IMG/VR virus record: IMGVR_UViG_3300042889_001061
Coordinates: 32,001-96,000 of that record
From: a virus
DNA length: 64,000 nucleotides
Strand: one strand, 5' to 3'
A program made the translations under genes and the position numbers. The notes beneath the pieces were generated by a model that worked only from the letters and a program-made list of their open reading frames with translations, made no database searches and was not told the origin of the DNA. The stretch's first letter is position 1. Each line of letters opens with the position of its first letter. Of this stretch, positions 1 to 10,230 are shown piece by piece.

Positions 1-2
1 CT

Positions 3-485
3 AATAATGAAGCATTTGAGTTGAATTCTTTACCAGAGGAAGTGGAAGATCTGCGATATGGAGTTCTTGATTGGAACGATCCTAAGAACGTTGACTATCA
101 TTTTGTGCCATTAATCTTCATGGAAACATTTCATGCGCCTGCCGCTGTATTAAAAATCGGTGACTATATTATTCAAGTTCCCCTGGATTGGTATATTGTC
201 ATAGGTGAAAAAGATCACGGCGACCCAGAGATTGTTCCTATTATGAACATCAATGATCGGGGTTTCAGTGCATTTGCTTTTAACCCTATTAGTAGTTTTA
301 GATTAGACTTTCAGCCACTGGAAATTATCAATGTGTTTCAAGACATTCGTTGGTATACACCTAAACTTAAACATGGACATATTCTAGCAGTGCCGTTAGA
401 AACAGGTCCCAAGCCTTTATGTGCTTACTTTGTTAAAGAAACTACCAAGCTACCGGAAGTATTGTCCATAGACAAAATGTATTAA
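3..485 (+). CDS. Conserved phage hypothetical protein, 5'-truncated by window edge
   Basis: Frame is open from the window start (NNEAFELNSLPEE...); no motif recognised. Confidence 0.6.
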   Translation, partial: NNEAFELNSLPEEVEDLRYGVLDWNDPKNVDYHFVPLIFMETFHAPAAVLKIGDYIIQVPLDWYIVIGEKDHGDPEIVPIMNINDRGFSAFAFNPISSFRLDFQPLEIINVFQDIRWYTPKLKHGHILAVPLETGPKPLCAYFVKETTKLPEVLSIDKMY

Positions 486-502
486 AGAGCGTATAATACA
501 GT

Positions 503-988
503 ATGGCAACAAAAGCTCCGATGTTAGATATGTTTAAGCGAGTACTTCCAGCTTTGGATACTCGCAACAAGAAACTCTACGAGAATCTCAGTGAAGAAGA
601 AATGAAAGGGTTCAGTCCCTGGCTTGTTCAACGATATTTAAGCAGTGCAGAAAGTGCCAACAATGCTGTCATTGAACATTATTTAATTATGACCAATGAC
701 ATTGTCAATGTTAACTTCAGTGAAGTAAAAGATCCTGAAATGACTTGGAAGTTAATGAGTATGGTTGGTATTGGTAAAAGTCTCAAGCACCCATACATTG
801 CTCCTGGTGGCGGCAAGAGAAAAAAGAAAAATGCTTTTAAGGCATGGCTCTGTGAGCAATATCCTCACTTAGATGATCAAGAATTAGATATCTGGATCAG
901 CAACTTAGATAAAAAATCCGCAAGGGATATGTTGGAACAATACCATGTTAAAGACAAAGATGTTATCTCTAGTGCCAATGACTTATAA
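503..988 (+). CDS. Putative clamp-loader small subunit (T4 gp62-like)
   Basis: LYENLSEEEMKGFSPWLVQRYLS resembles the gp62 Y/F-x-P-(F/W)-(L/M)-x-x-R-x-L-S motif; replication context. Confidence 0.5.
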   Translation: MATKAPMLDMFKRVLPALDTRNKKLYENLSEEEMKGFSPWLVQRYLSSAESANNAVIEHYLIMTNDIVNVNFSEVKDPEMTWKLMSMVGIGKSLKHPYIAPGGGKRKKKNAFKAWLCEQYPHLDDQELDIWISNLDKKSARDMLEQYHVKDKDVISSANDL

Positions 989-1658
989 ATGTAAATTTTG
1001 TAATAAAGATTTTGTTCGTGAAACTACACTTATGTCTCACTTATGTGAGAAAAAGCGTAGAATGATGGAAAAAGATTCCAAGCAAAATCGCATTGCTTAC
1101 CAAAGCTGGTTGATATATCGCAAGATGATCATTGCCAATGTCAAGCACGACAAACCCTATGAAGACTTTATCAGCGACAGATACTATCTAGACTTTATGA
1201 AAGTTTCCAAGCATATCATTGATTTGAACTTGGACAAGCCAGAAGAGTTTGTTAGATTTGTTTTAAAAAATGCAATTAAGATTGATGACTGGTGTAAAGC
1301 AGTTGTCTACGAAACCTACGTTAAAGATACAACCAAAAAAGAAACAGTAGAGCGAGCAATTGAGCGAAGTTTGTTAAATATGAAAGCCTGGGCAGAAAAG
1401 ACTGGATATAGTTGGAGTGAATACTTTGCTAAAGTTAGCACAGTTGATGCAGTACAAGATATCAGAATGGGTCGTATCAGTCCATGGTGTACCTTTGCTA
1501 CAGATCAAGGTAGCAGATTAATTGATAGGTTTGAACCCGGACAAGTTCAAACATTGATAGATTACATTGAGCCTTTATCATGGAAGGCCAGAGTAAAACG
1601 TCAGCAGAGTGATGCTGATTGGGTGCAGGAAGTTTTTAACAAGGCGGAAATTAAATGA
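978..1658 (+). CDS. Hypothetical protein with N-terminal C2H2-like zinc finger
   Basis: YKCKFCNKDFVRETTLMSHLC; ATG at 978 overlaps upstream gene end. Confidence 0.6.
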   Translation: MTYKCKFCNKDFVRETTLMSHLCEKKRRMMEKDSKQNRIAYQSWLIYRKMIIANVKHDKPYEDFISDRYYLDFMKVSKHIIDLNLDKPEEFVRFVLKNAIKIDDWCKAVVYETYVKDTTKKETVERAIERSLLNMKAWAEKTGYSWSEYFAKVSTVDAVQDIRMGRISPWCTFATDQGSRLIDRFEPGQVQTLIDYIEPLSWKARVKRQQSDADWVQEVFNKAEIK

Positions 1659-1888
1659 ATCAATACAAGCAACGAGCAGTACCAGTATTGCTAAAAAGTA
1701 AACAGGTACAAGAAGCACGAGTTAGACTGATCAACGACATGGTTGAAATAGAAATGAATGGTAATAGAGTAGTTGTACCCACTGCCGAATCATATCAACG
1801 TTTGCTGAAAAAGGTTGCAGTATTGGAACAAAAACTGTATGCTACTGATAACAAAGCAAATAGAGCCGCTAGGATGAACAATGAGTGA
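1655..1888 (+). CDS. Hypothetical protein
   Basis: ORF with ATGA coupling. Confidence 0.6.
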   Translation: MNQYKQRAVPVLLKSKQVQEARVRLINDMVEIEMNGNRVVVPTAESYQRLLKKVAVLEQKLYATDNKANRAARMNNE

Positions 1889-2111
1889 AAAAGATCATAA
1901 CTTAGAAAATATCTATAACGAAGTTATACTAGTTATAGAAAAATTATTAAAGGAAGAGCACGATCCGTTGGCAGTGGCCGCAGTATTTGCCAGTCAAGCA
2001 TTGGGGTTGTATAAAACTGTGTTAAGTGACAAAGACTATAATACCATGGTTGATAGTATTGTTGATAAAAAAGATAGAGTACAGCCTTTTGAATCTAGGA
2101 GTTTACATTGA
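1881..2111 (+). CDS. Hypothetical protein
   Basis: ORF overlapping neighbours in operon. Confidence 0.6.
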   Translation: MSEKDHNLENIYNEVILVIEKLLKEEHDPLAVAAVFASQALGLYKTVLSDKDYNTMVDSIVDKKDRVQPFESRSLH

Positions 2112-2686
2112 GCTTTGACGTTGACATAGACTTTGCAGACCGAGAGCAAATTCTTAAAGTAGTTAAACACACAGCCGCTATGCAACATGACGGCAACAAA
2201 GAACGTAAACACAATACAGGTGTTTACTTTCATCACGTGCCCACTAATCCATTTACAGGACTATGCACATTAGATTATAAACAAGCAGAGGATGCTGCCT
2301 GGTTTAAGATTGACTTGCTTAATGTAGGCATCTACAGCAATTTTACCAGCAACGAACAGATTGACGACTTATTAGACAAAGAACCAATGTGGGAATTATT
2401 AGAACACAAAGATGTTATACAACAACTGTTTCATATTCATAATCACAGCGACACAGTTATTAGAATGAAGCCAAAAAGTATTGAACAACTTGCCATGGTA
2501 CTGGCAGTTATACGTCCCGGTAAGAAACATTTAATAGGACGTGGCTGGATTGAGATAGAAAAAGAAGTATGGACTAAAACAGAAGATGTTTATAGTTTTA
2601 AGAAGAGTCATGCTATTGGGTATTCGGCTGCTATTGTATTACAGCTTAATCAATTAGCTTACAGTATTAATAGTGGCAAGACCTAA
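2108..2686 (+). CDS. Miniature DNA polymerase III alpha (DnaE) catalytic-core-like protein
   Basis: Motifs in DnaE order: DVDIDF, KHNTGVYF, KIDLL, LAVIRPG, YSFKKSHAIGY; only 192 aa. Confidence 0.75.
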   Translation: MSFDVDIDFADREQILKVVKHTAAMQHDGNKERKHNTGVYFHHVPTNPFTGLCTLDYKQAEDAAWFKIDLLNVGIYSNFTSNEQIDDLLDKEPMWELLEHKDVIQQLFHIHNHSDTVIRMKPKSIEQLAMVLAVIRPGKKHLIGRGWIEIEKEVWTKTEDVYSFKKSHAIGYSAAIVLQLNQLAYSINSGKT

Positions 2687-3364
2687 TAGGCTGAGAGTTT
2701 TAATATAAAACCATCCTATATCAAATTCAAACCAGCGTTTGCTTAACTTTGCACTAGCTGGAGTCATGTGATGGTTATTGTGTAATTCTTCGCCGCCGAT
2801 CCATATAGCCCAAGGTATTAAATTAGTGCTACGATCTTTTGTGTTACCATTTCTATATCCCCACCAGTGACCCAGGCCATTAATAACTCCTGCCGCCCAA
2901 AACGGTATCCACAACATCTGTACTGCCCATATCACAAGTCCCATCCAGCCGAATAACAACAAATTAATGGTCAGCATTACAATCACGCCTGAGTAATTAT
3001 AAGGAGTGTACAGTTTTCTTTCAATCCAGTCATCGGGTGTGCCTCTGCCAAAACTCACTACCATTTTTGCATTTTTGCCCGACAAATAATAATAGTAAAC
3101 ACCTCTGAATAGTATGTTCAAAATTCCATGTACATGTGGACTATGTGGGTCACCTTCTTTATCAGTTGTGCTGTGATGTTTTCTATGTATTGCTACCCAT
3201 TGTCTAGTAATCATGCCAGTGGTTAACCACAGCCATAATCTAAAAAAATGATCAGCAACGGGATGAAATGTAACTGATTTATGTGCTTGGCTTCTGTGTA
3301 AAAAACAGGTCACAGAGACAATGGTGATGTGGGTTAGTATAAGAGTATATAGTATTTCTAGCAT
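2654..3364 (-). CDS. Delta-9 (OLE1-like) membrane fatty-acid desaturase
   Basis: His boxes HRSQAH, HRKHH, HNNHH; DPHSP; GEELHNNHH; WFEFDIGW; TM segments. Confidence 0.92.
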   Translation of the reverse strand: MLEILYTLILTHITIVSVTCFLHRSQAHKSVTFHPVADHFFRLWLWLTTGMITRQWVAIHRKHHSTTDKEGDPHSPHVHGILNILFRGVYYYYLSGKNAKMVVSFGRGTPDDWIERKLYTPYNYSGVIVMLTINLLLFGWMGLVIWAVQMLWIPFWAAGVINGLGHWWGYRNGNTKDRSTNLIPWAIWIGGEELHNNHHMTPASAKLSKRWFEFDIGWFYIKTLSLLGLATINTVS

Positions 3365-3378
3365 TATATATACTTATC

Positions 3379-3747
3379 TTATAATTTTTGAACTAGTTGA
3401 ATTTGTCTGCGTTTAATGCGTTTAGTGATAATGTTTTGTAGACTAACTGCTTCGCCATGTAGCAATTCAAAATCCTTGACATTATATGTTCGAAGACTAT
3501 AGCTGAACCGTTTAAATTTAGGTCCTATAAACAAATTAATTGGTAGCTGTCTATTACTCTGCCACCACCATTCTTCTCCGCACTCTAGGAATTCCTGGCG
3601 ATCTTCCTTGCAGTTTAATACGTTTAACACATATATGCTGGCCAGAGTTTGAGTATAGTTTTGTATTATACCTATGACTTCATCTTCCCCTGCCCTGCAT
3701 AGGCTTAAGAAAGGGAAGTTTTCTAATATTTCTTTGTGATCTGACAT
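3379..3747 (-). CDS. Conserved phage hypothetical protein
   Basis: ORF preceded by TAAATA on minus strand. Confidence 0.6.
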   Translation of the reverse strand: MSDHKEILENFPFLSLCRAGEDEVIGIIQNYTQTLASIYVLNVLNCKEDRQEFLECGEEWWWQSNRQLPINLFIGPKFKRFSYSLRTYNVKDFELLHGEAVSLQNIITKRIKRRQIQLVQKL

Positions 3748-3798
3748 TGTCAATATTTAGCAGCCATTTCAATTCAATTAATTTAAATAAATATAACT

Positions 3799-4614
3799 AT
3801 GAGCGATACATTCACATTACTAGATTATCCGCAACGAAGCGTATTAATATACTCTGATGGATACAGCAGGACAAAAAACATGCCATTTAGCACAACACGA
3901 AAAACGGTCTACAAAGGAGTAGACACGAAGCTGGGTTTTGATATAAAAAATCAAGACCGCAAACCTGTTAACCTGCTAGGTAAAACTATCATGGTCAATG
4001 TCATGCAGGTCAGACGCGGCGAGTTAGTATTACAGCGCAGAGCACAGATCAAAGAACCTCAAAATGGTTATTGCGAGTTTAGTATATTTGGCTATGATTT
4101 AACTGATCTGGAACCAGGAATATATCAACTCAGTGCTCAACTATACGAAGATGATGGTATGGCTCGAAGCTTGTATTCTGATTTAAACAGAGCGGCTACC
4201 ATGGAAATTGAATTAGTAGACGGCGCATATCCTAAATTCTTTAATAGTACATTGTTGCAATTTACACAAGATAACGACACGATGATTAGCCAGCCTGTAG
4301 CAAGTAACTTACAGAAAAACGACAGCAGTACACTACATACTCTTCAAATCGAAACAACTAATTTTAAAGGTAGATTAACTGCTTTTGGTAGTTTAGAATA
4401 CGGTAGTATGGGCAATTACAGTCCTATTAGATTTATCGACGGACAATATTGGCTACCTCTTGATTCATCACCTACAAGCCCAACAATTGGAATAACAGGT
4501 ACACATCAAACTCAGGGTTGGAACTGGCGCGGAAGTTTCCGTTGGATAAAAGTGGTATACACACCCGACACTGATAACACCGGAACAGTTGACAAAATAC
4601 TTTATAGAAGTTAA
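3799..4614 (+). CDS. Putative virion/baseplate-associated beta-rich protein
   Basis: TAAATA late promoter upstream; N-terminal YKG...FDIKNQDRKPVNL resembles BppU-like domains. Confidence 0.4.
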   Translation: MSDTFTLLDYPQRSVLIYSDGYSRTKNMPFSTTRKTVYKGVDTKLGFDIKNQDRKPVNLLGKTIMVNVMQVRRGELVLQRRAQIKEPQNGYCEFSIFGYDLTDLEPGIYQLSAQLYEDDGMARSLYSDLNRAATMEIELVDGAYPKFFNSTLLQFTQDNDTMISQPVASNLQKNDSSTLHTLQIETTNFKGRLTAFGSLEYGSMGNYSPIRFIDGQYWLPLDSSPTSPTIGITGTHQTQGWNWRGSFRWIKVVYTPDTDNTGTVDKILYRS

Positions 4615-4626
4615 AATAGTAAGGTC

Positions 4627-5598
4627 ATGTCGGCCTTACAAACATTATTACAATCACGCATAAATGGAAGACCTAGTCCCAAGGGCTGGCTGAGTTTCAA
4701 CTGTCCGATGTGCGTGGTCAATGGGCAGAGTCGTCTAGATACAAAACGTCGCGGTGGCATGATGTTTAATCCAGACGGAGCAGTGAGCTATCATTGCTTT
4801 AACTGTCAATTTAAAACAAGTTGGACACAAGGCAGAACACTGAGCTTTAAGATGCGTAAACTTATGCGTCAGCTAGGATTCGATGAAGCAGAAGTACAGC
4901 GGTTAAACTTAGAACTACTAAGCCAAGCAGATGTAGAAATATTAGTACAACGTGAACCAGAGCCAACCTGGACTCCTAGTTGGCCCGACTACGACTTGGG
5001 ATTTGAAGTAAGACCTTTAGATACTCCTGAGAAGATAGAATATTTAAAACACAGACAAGTATATGACTTGGCAATATGGTTGGAGACAGACACAGAATAT
5101 GCCGGCTTAAACAAACGAGCTATACTACCGCTGACTTATGAAAATAGAATAGTCGGCTTTCAAAGTAGATACGTTGGAGAAATACCAGAGAAGTTTTCTA
5201 AGTATTATAAAAAAGCGCCAGCAGACTATGTGTTTGGTTTAGATAATCAGCGAGACAATAGACAGTTTGTTATTGTCACAGAAGGTGAAATGGATGCATT
5301 GTTAACCAGCGGGTTAAGTATTGGCAGTAATAATTTAAGTGACCATCAAGCACAACTGATTGAAGACTTAAATATAGAACCTATCGTGATTCCAGACGCA
5401 GACAAAGCAGGCAGGGACCTAGTAGAACGTGCCGCAGATTACGGCTGGAGTGTGAGTTTTCCCGAATGGGAAAACTGTAAAGACGTCAGTGACGCAGTAA
5501 TGAAATATGGACGCTTGTTTGCTATTCACAGCATACTACAGGCCACAGAACACAGTCCAACAAAAATTAGATTAATGGGAAAGAGATATTGTCAATGA
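4627..5598 (+). CDS. DNA primase (T4 gp61-like)
   Basis: Zn-binding CPMC...HCFNC; TOPRIM VTEGEMDA and PDADKAG; KDVSDA; adjacent to helicase. Confidence 0.9.
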   Translation: MSALQTLLQSRINGRPSPKGWLSFNCPMCVVNGQSRLDTKRRGGMMFNPDGAVSYHCFNCQFKTSWTQGRTLSFKMRKLMRQLGFDEAEVQRLNLELLSQADVEILVQREPEPTWTPSWPDYDLGFEVRPLDTPEKIEYLKHRQVYDLAIWLETDTEYAGLNKRAILPLTYENRIVGFQSRYVGEIPEKFSKYYKKAPADYVFGLDNQRDNRQFVIVTEGEMDALLTSGLSIGSNNLSDHQAQLIEDLNIEPIVIPDADKAGRDLVERAADYGWSVSFPEWENCKDVSDAVMKYGRLFAIHSILQATEHSPTKIRLMGKRYCQ

Positions 5599-7085
5599 GT
5601 AATGAAGTAAAAGAATATAGTGCAGATCTACAAAAATTATTTTTAGAATTTCTAGTAAGCGACAAGGAACTACTAAGCCGTTGCCAAAACGTTTTAGAAA
5701 GTGCTTACTTTACTAGAAGTTTACAAGCAACCGCAGAGTTCATTAAAGACTATGCTGGCAAGTACAGTGACTGTCCCACAGTAGAACAGATTAAAGCAGT
5801 TACAGATACGGAACTTAGAATTATTCCAGGCGAAGCAAGCAGCCACAAGGAATGGTTCTTAACAGAGTTTGAACAGTTTGCCCGCCACAAAGCATTAGAA
5901 AAAGCAATTCTAGCCAGTGCAGATTTGTTAGACAAACAACGCTATGGCGAAGTAGAAAAGTTAATCAAAGATGCCAGTAGTATAGGTCTGCCAAAGAGTT
6001 TTGGCACAGACTACTTTGCTGATCCTAAAGGTCGACTAGAAGCATTGAGAAGAAATAATGGTCAAATTAGTACAGGTTGGAAGACCATTGATTATAAATT
6101 ATTTGGTGGATTTAACAGAGGCGAACTTAATATTTTTGCAGGCGGCAGTGGTGCGGGTAAGAGTTTATTCTTACAGAACTTAGCACTCAATTGGAGTTTA
6201 CAAGGACTCAACGGCGTTTACTTTAGTCTAGAACTAAGTGAGGGATTAAGCAGTCAGCGTATGGATGCCATGCTTATGGGCATAGGTACTGCTGATATTT
6301 TTAAAGACTTAGATAACGTTGACTTGAAAATTAGGACAATGGGTAAGAAAGCAGGTAAGTTACAAATGGTACAACTCACTGCGGGCGTCACAGTGAATGA
6401 TTTAAAATCATGGTTGAAAGAATTTCAGATTCAGCTTAATAAAAAAGTTGATTATGTTATTGTTGATTATTTAGATTTGATGTCTCCGGTGTCTGTAAAG
6501 ATATCAGCAGAGAACACGTTTATTAAAGACAAATACGTTTCGGAAGAACTTAGAGCAATGGCAGTACAAGACAAATACTTATTCTGTACAGCTAGTCAGT
6601 TGAATCGCGGAGCCGTGGAGAGTGTTGAATTTGACCACAGTCATATCAGTGGTGGACTCAGTAAGATTCAAACAGCAGACAACGTGATTGGTATCTTTAA
6701 CAGTATTACTATGCGTGAGCGTGGCAGAGTACAATTACAATTTATGAAGACACGTAGTTCGAGTGCAGTTGGTAGTAAGATTGAATTAGAATTTAATACA
6801 ACTAGTTTACGTATTACTGACTTAGATGAAGATAGTCCAGAAGCACCAACTACAGCAGATGTGTTGCATGATAAACTTCGTCGACAGGCCCGGACAACAG
6901 AGTCCACTAGTACTTCCGCAGGATCTACTAAATGGGAAAAGCCAACTGGAACTCATGCGTGGGATTATCAAGCCGGCGGAAAAGAATTAAAACCAGGAAT
7001 TGAACCTACAAATTCAGAGCCATCCATTGCGATTAGGACAATGGACAGTAATAATAGACTTAATAATCTTCTAAAGAAGAGTTGA
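5595..7085 (+). CDS. Replicative DnaB-family helicase (T4 gp41-like)
   Basis: Walker A GGSGAGKS, SLELSE, VIVDYLDLM, TASQLNR, ADNVIGI, MKTR. Confidence 0.93.
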   Translation: MSNEVKEYSADLQKLFLEFLVSDKELLSRCQNVLESAYFTRSLQATAEFIKDYAGKYSDCPTVEQIKAVTDTELRIIPGEASSHKEWFLTEFEQFARHKALEKAILASADLLDKQRYGEVEKLIKDASSIGLPKSFGTDYFADPKGRLEALRRNNGQISTGWKTIDYKLFGGFNRGELNIFAGGSGAGKSLFLQNLALNWSLQGLNGVYFSLELSEGLSSQRMDAMLMGIGTADIFKDLDNVDLKIRTMGKKAGKLQMVQLTAGVTVNDLKSWLKEFQIQLNKKVDYVIVDYLDLMSPVSVKISAENTFIKDKYVSEELRAMAVQDKYLFCTASQLNRGAVESVEFDHSHISGGLSKIQTADNVIGIFNSITMRERGRVQLQFMKTRSSSAVGSKIELEFNTTSLRITDLDEDSPEAPTTADVLHDKLRRQARTTESTSTSAGSTKWEKPTGTHAWDYQAGGKELKPGIEPTNSEPSIAIRTMDSNNRLNNLLKKS

Positions 7086-7541
7086 TTATTTTAAACCACG
7101 AAGAGGTTCTTGTGGCTGTGCCGGTTCAGCAGTTGTAGGTGCACCAACTTCTGCGTTGGGTTCGCTGGCAGGTTGTTCTTGAGCAGCGGCTTCTGAGTCT
7201 CTATTCAAATCAGCTTTTAGTCTTTGGAACAGTGCATTATCTTCGGCAACATAAGCAAGTACAGTTTCCAATAAATCCATCAACGCACTCATTTGATTTA
7301 AGTTTGGTCGACGATTCATGTACATTGCACGAACCCCTGCTTTTAAATCGCTGTAATGATCTTCACCGACTGCATCTTTAATAGAAGCCAAACGACTCAT
7401 TGTGCGTGTAAAACTACTGTGATCAATTTCTTTGCCGCTGACATCCATACCCGGATCGTGATGAACTTCTGGCGCTGCCTCTTCGATTGAACGAAGTTTG
7501 TTTAAAATCGTTCCCATATTAAAATTTGTACTCGACATCAT
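7086..7541 (-). CDS. Hypothetical protein
   Basis: Long ORF convergent with helicase; LNKLRSIEE resembles prohead-protease-processed proteins. Confidence 0.55.
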   Translation of the reverse strand: MMSSTNFNMGTILNKLRSIEEAAPEVHHDPGMDVSGKEIDHSSFTRTMSRLASIKDAVGEDHYSDLKAGVRAMYMNRRPNLNQMSALMDLLETVLAYVAEDNALFQRLKADLNRDSEAAAQEQPASEPNAEVGAPTTAEPAQPQEPLRGLK

Positions 7542-7580
7542 AGTCATAATAGTGCTCCACTGTTAAAGTTATTTATCAGT

Positions 7581-7877
7581 TTGTTAGATAAATACTTTCA
7601 AGGATGGACTATAATAGTGCATAAACATACACGATCTTTACTTGAAGAAATTACCAATATTGTACCGCAGAGAGACAGAGAAAGTTTTGTGGAAAACAAA
7701 GCTGTGAATGTCATTGCAAGTACTCGGTATCTTGTTGAGTATATACAAGAAAATTTCAATCAAGAGCAAAGTGAAGATTTATTAAAACGTTTATTCAACA
7801 GCTTAAAAACTGGTGATGAAATGAAATTCCGCAGAGGAATTAAACAAATTAAAGAAGCAAATAATGGAAGAATTTGA
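7581..7877 (+). CDS. Hypothetical protein (start uncertain, probably GTG near 7617)
   Basis: ORF after TAAATA at ~7590. Confidence 0.55.
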   Translation: MLDKYFQGWTIIVHKHTRSLLEEITNIVPQRDRESFVENKAVNVIASTRYLVEYIQENFNQEQSEDLLKRLFNSLKTGDEMKFRRGIKQIKEANNGRI

Positions 7878-8634
7878 ACATTTATCAGGCTGGGATCTGC
7901 TAGTAGAAAGCAGACAGTATCGCTCAAACACAGCAGGTCTTAATCTGAGAAATGTCAGCGACTTTGCTTTTTTAGATTTGATTTCATTATTCATACTTCA
8001 AAATGAATACGAAACTGCACCAGTATCAAAGAACTATGCAGATAAAACCATAGGATATAGAAACTTTTTACGTCCTAGACTTGCTGGCACAGACTTATAT
8101 ACCAGTTTGAATATACTGGCTAATCCAGACAGTGTTTTCAGTAAAAAGATACGTCAAAATCCAGAGGCAGATGCCTTACTTAGATCAAAGCTGAAGGTAC
8201 ATACTCCCACTGTGAAACGTTACTTGGATTTATTAGCAGATGGAAGTTTAAGAAAAGAAGATGCCGCAGTATTGTTATTGCGTTTAGAGAAACAATTAAA
8301 CATAACAGATAGTAAGTTAAAAAGTATTCGCCGATTAGCACAAGACTGGCCTGCTATCAATGACATGCAACGAGAATTAGTAGTTACACGTATGCTACAA
8401 TATTATCGTAAGTTTGCAAAACGCAGTGAAATGGCAGTGTTCCTAGAAGACATGGGTAAAACTAAAGGCTATAAGTTAAATGCTCCCGTAGATGCAGAAC
8501 TTGCTAATCTGGGCTACGGTGAAAAACCAGAACCTGGTAAAAAAGGATGGCTAGCAACATTAGCCCCTGCGGCAGGCTTAATAGCAGGATACAAGTTGGG
8601 CTATGCACTAACTGGTCCAAAAAACAAGCAGTAG
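7864..8634 (+). CDS. Hypothetical late protein
   Basis: 256-aa ORF in late cluster. Confidence 0.6.
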   Translation: MEEFEHLSGWDLLVESRQYRSNTAGLNLRNVSDFAFLDLISLFILQNEYETAPVSKNYADKTIGYRNFLRPRLAGTDLYTSLNILANPDSVFSKKIRQNPEADALLRSKLKVHTPTVKRYLDLLADGSLRKEDAAVLLLRLEKQLNITDSKLKSIRRLAQDWPAINDMQRELVVTRMLQYYRKFAKRSEMAVFLEDMGKTKGYKLNAPVDAELANLGYGEKPEPGKKGWLATLAPAAGLIAGYKLGYALTGPKNKQ

Positions 8635-8714
8635 ATAGTATAATATCTTAAAAAGAAGATAAATAAACTTAAGAAAACAAAGTTTTCGAAGAAACAAATT
8701 AGGAGAATTTTATC

Positions 8715-8954
8715 ATGGCACAAAATGCAGCCCCATTTACAGCAATCGGACGTACCGTATTCATCAAGTCTTTCGCTAAGACAAATGCTACTCAAGCAGA
8801 ATTAAATGCTTTAGTACAAGCAGTTCAATTAACAAGTACAATCACAGCTATCGGCGATTTCACAGCCGGTACCAGCGATGTTGTTAACATGATCATCGAA
8901 GGTGCAGACGTTGGCGATCTAGCTGGTTTCACAGCTGGTAACGTAGCATTCTAA
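8715..8954 (+). CDS. Small putative virion protein
   Basis: TAAATA, strong AGGAG SD, own terminator; Ala/Thr/Gly-rich. Confidence 0.55.
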   Translation: MAQNAAPFTAIGRTVFIKSFAKTNATQAELNALVQAVQLTSTITAIGDFTAGTSDVVNMIIEGADVGDLAGFTAGNVAF

Positions 8955-8983
8955 TTTTTAGAGTGTAACTTTTTCGGGATGGG

Positions 8984-9020
8984 AAGCCGCTATACTTTTT
9001 GGTATAGCGGTTTTTCTTTT
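8984..9020 (+). terminator. Rho-independent terminator
   Basis: aagccgctatac/gtatagcggttt stem followed by T-tract. Confidence 0.8.
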
Positions 9021-9069
9021 GACTATAACTTCTGTATTATATGGTTAAATACAGCATAGGAGAATTAAT

Positions 9070-9516
9070 ATGAGAAACACAACAGGACGTACAGGTGAAG
9101 TAATAGGTGGCAACATTGAATATTTTACTTGTTACACATTAGTAGATATTACAGATTCTGGCGTATATGATCCAACGGCAGGCAATAGTTATGAACAAGC
9201 ACAGAACTTAAATGTATTATTACAAGCAATTAGTTTAGGTAGTCAACCAATTCTATCAAGCGTAGAAAAGATTGTAGCTGCCGATCTAGCTGACTATGAT
9301 TTTGGCAGTGATTTTACTGGAAACCAAAATGTATGGATTTTACGTTTTGCCAGCGAAAGAGTTGGTAGTATTACCACTATATCATTGGTTAGAGATATAG
9401 ACGGTTTGCCTATCTATGATGATTTGGAAGAAACTGCGGTTTTTGATACAAATGTATTTGAAACCAATGCCGCAGATCAAAAGAACATATACTTTTATCG
9501 CAACGATAATCTATAA
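9070..9516 (+). CDS. Putative virion protein
   Basis: TAAATA plus AGGAG upstream; acidic. Confidence 0.55.
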   Translation: MRNTTGRTGEVIGGNIEYFTCYTLVDITDSGVYDPTAGNSYEQAQNLNVLLQAISLGSQPILSSVEKIVAADLADYDFGSDFTGNQNVWILRFASERVGSITTISLVRDIDGLPIYDDLEETAVFDTNVFETNAADQKNIYFYRNDNL

Positions 9517-9609
9517 TTAAGATAAATACAGTACATAATTAGGCACCAGTCCATTGGCACAAACTTAGGCATTTGAGATAAGAATAAAAACACATTTTTA
9601 AGGAGTATT

Positions 9610-9921
9610 GTGTCAATGGCAACATCAGTAGAACGGCTAGGAATAGTCGAAACTAAGGTCGAGAATCTTAATGAGAAACTCGACGACTTAAAAGTAGACG
9701 TAAAAGACCTACACGATTGTCTAGATAAAACTAGAGACACTATCGAAGAAAAATTAGAACAGATGTATCAAGCCAGCTGTACTCAACATGCTGAAATGGC
9801 TAAAAAGATATCGGCTATGGAACGTTTTAAAGACAAATGGATTTATACATTTGCAGGCGGGATGGTAGTAGTAAGTTGGGCAAGCGCAAATACGGAAAGT
9901 ATTTTAGCAATATTAAAATGA
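9610..9921 (+). CDS. Coiled-coil protein with C-terminal TM helix (hemolysin XhlA/holin-like architecture)
   Basis: Heptad N-terminus, hydrophobic WIYTFAGGMVVVSW tail. Confidence 0.45.
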   Translation: MSMATSVERLGIVETKVENLNEKLDDLKVDVKDLHDCLDKTRDTIEEKLEQMYQASCTQHAEMAKKISAMERFKDKWIYTFAGGMVVVSWASANTESILAILK

Positions 9922-10223
9922 ATGAATTTGAAGTTATAGTTGAAGACACAGAAGAACCTTTAACTGAGGCTAAAAGAGTTTGGGCTAAACGCGGTAAAAA
10001 GCTAAAGCGCATGATTCGTTGTACTAGCGGTAAGAAAAAAGGTCGTACAGTTGCTAATGTTAGTGCCTGTAGTAAAGCGATAAATATGAAAAAGAGATTT
10101 ATGATGAGGCGAATTAGAAAACGCTTTAATGCTAAAATCGTTAGAAAATCAAAGAGAACAAAAGCATTTAATCCTTTGAGTAAACGATTGAAGACAATGA
10201 ATAAATCAACAAACGCAAGGTAA
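9918..10223 (+). CDS. Highly basic protein (prohead core/DNA-condensing-like)
   Basis: Acidic leader ending LTE^A followed by K/R-rich body. Confidence 0.5.
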   Translation: MNEFEVIVEDTEEPLTEAKRVWAKRGKKLKRMIRCTSGKKKGRTVANVSACSKAINMKKRFMMRRIRKRFNAKIVRKSKRTKAFNPLSKRLKTMNKSTNAR

Positions 10224-10230
10224 CAAATAT

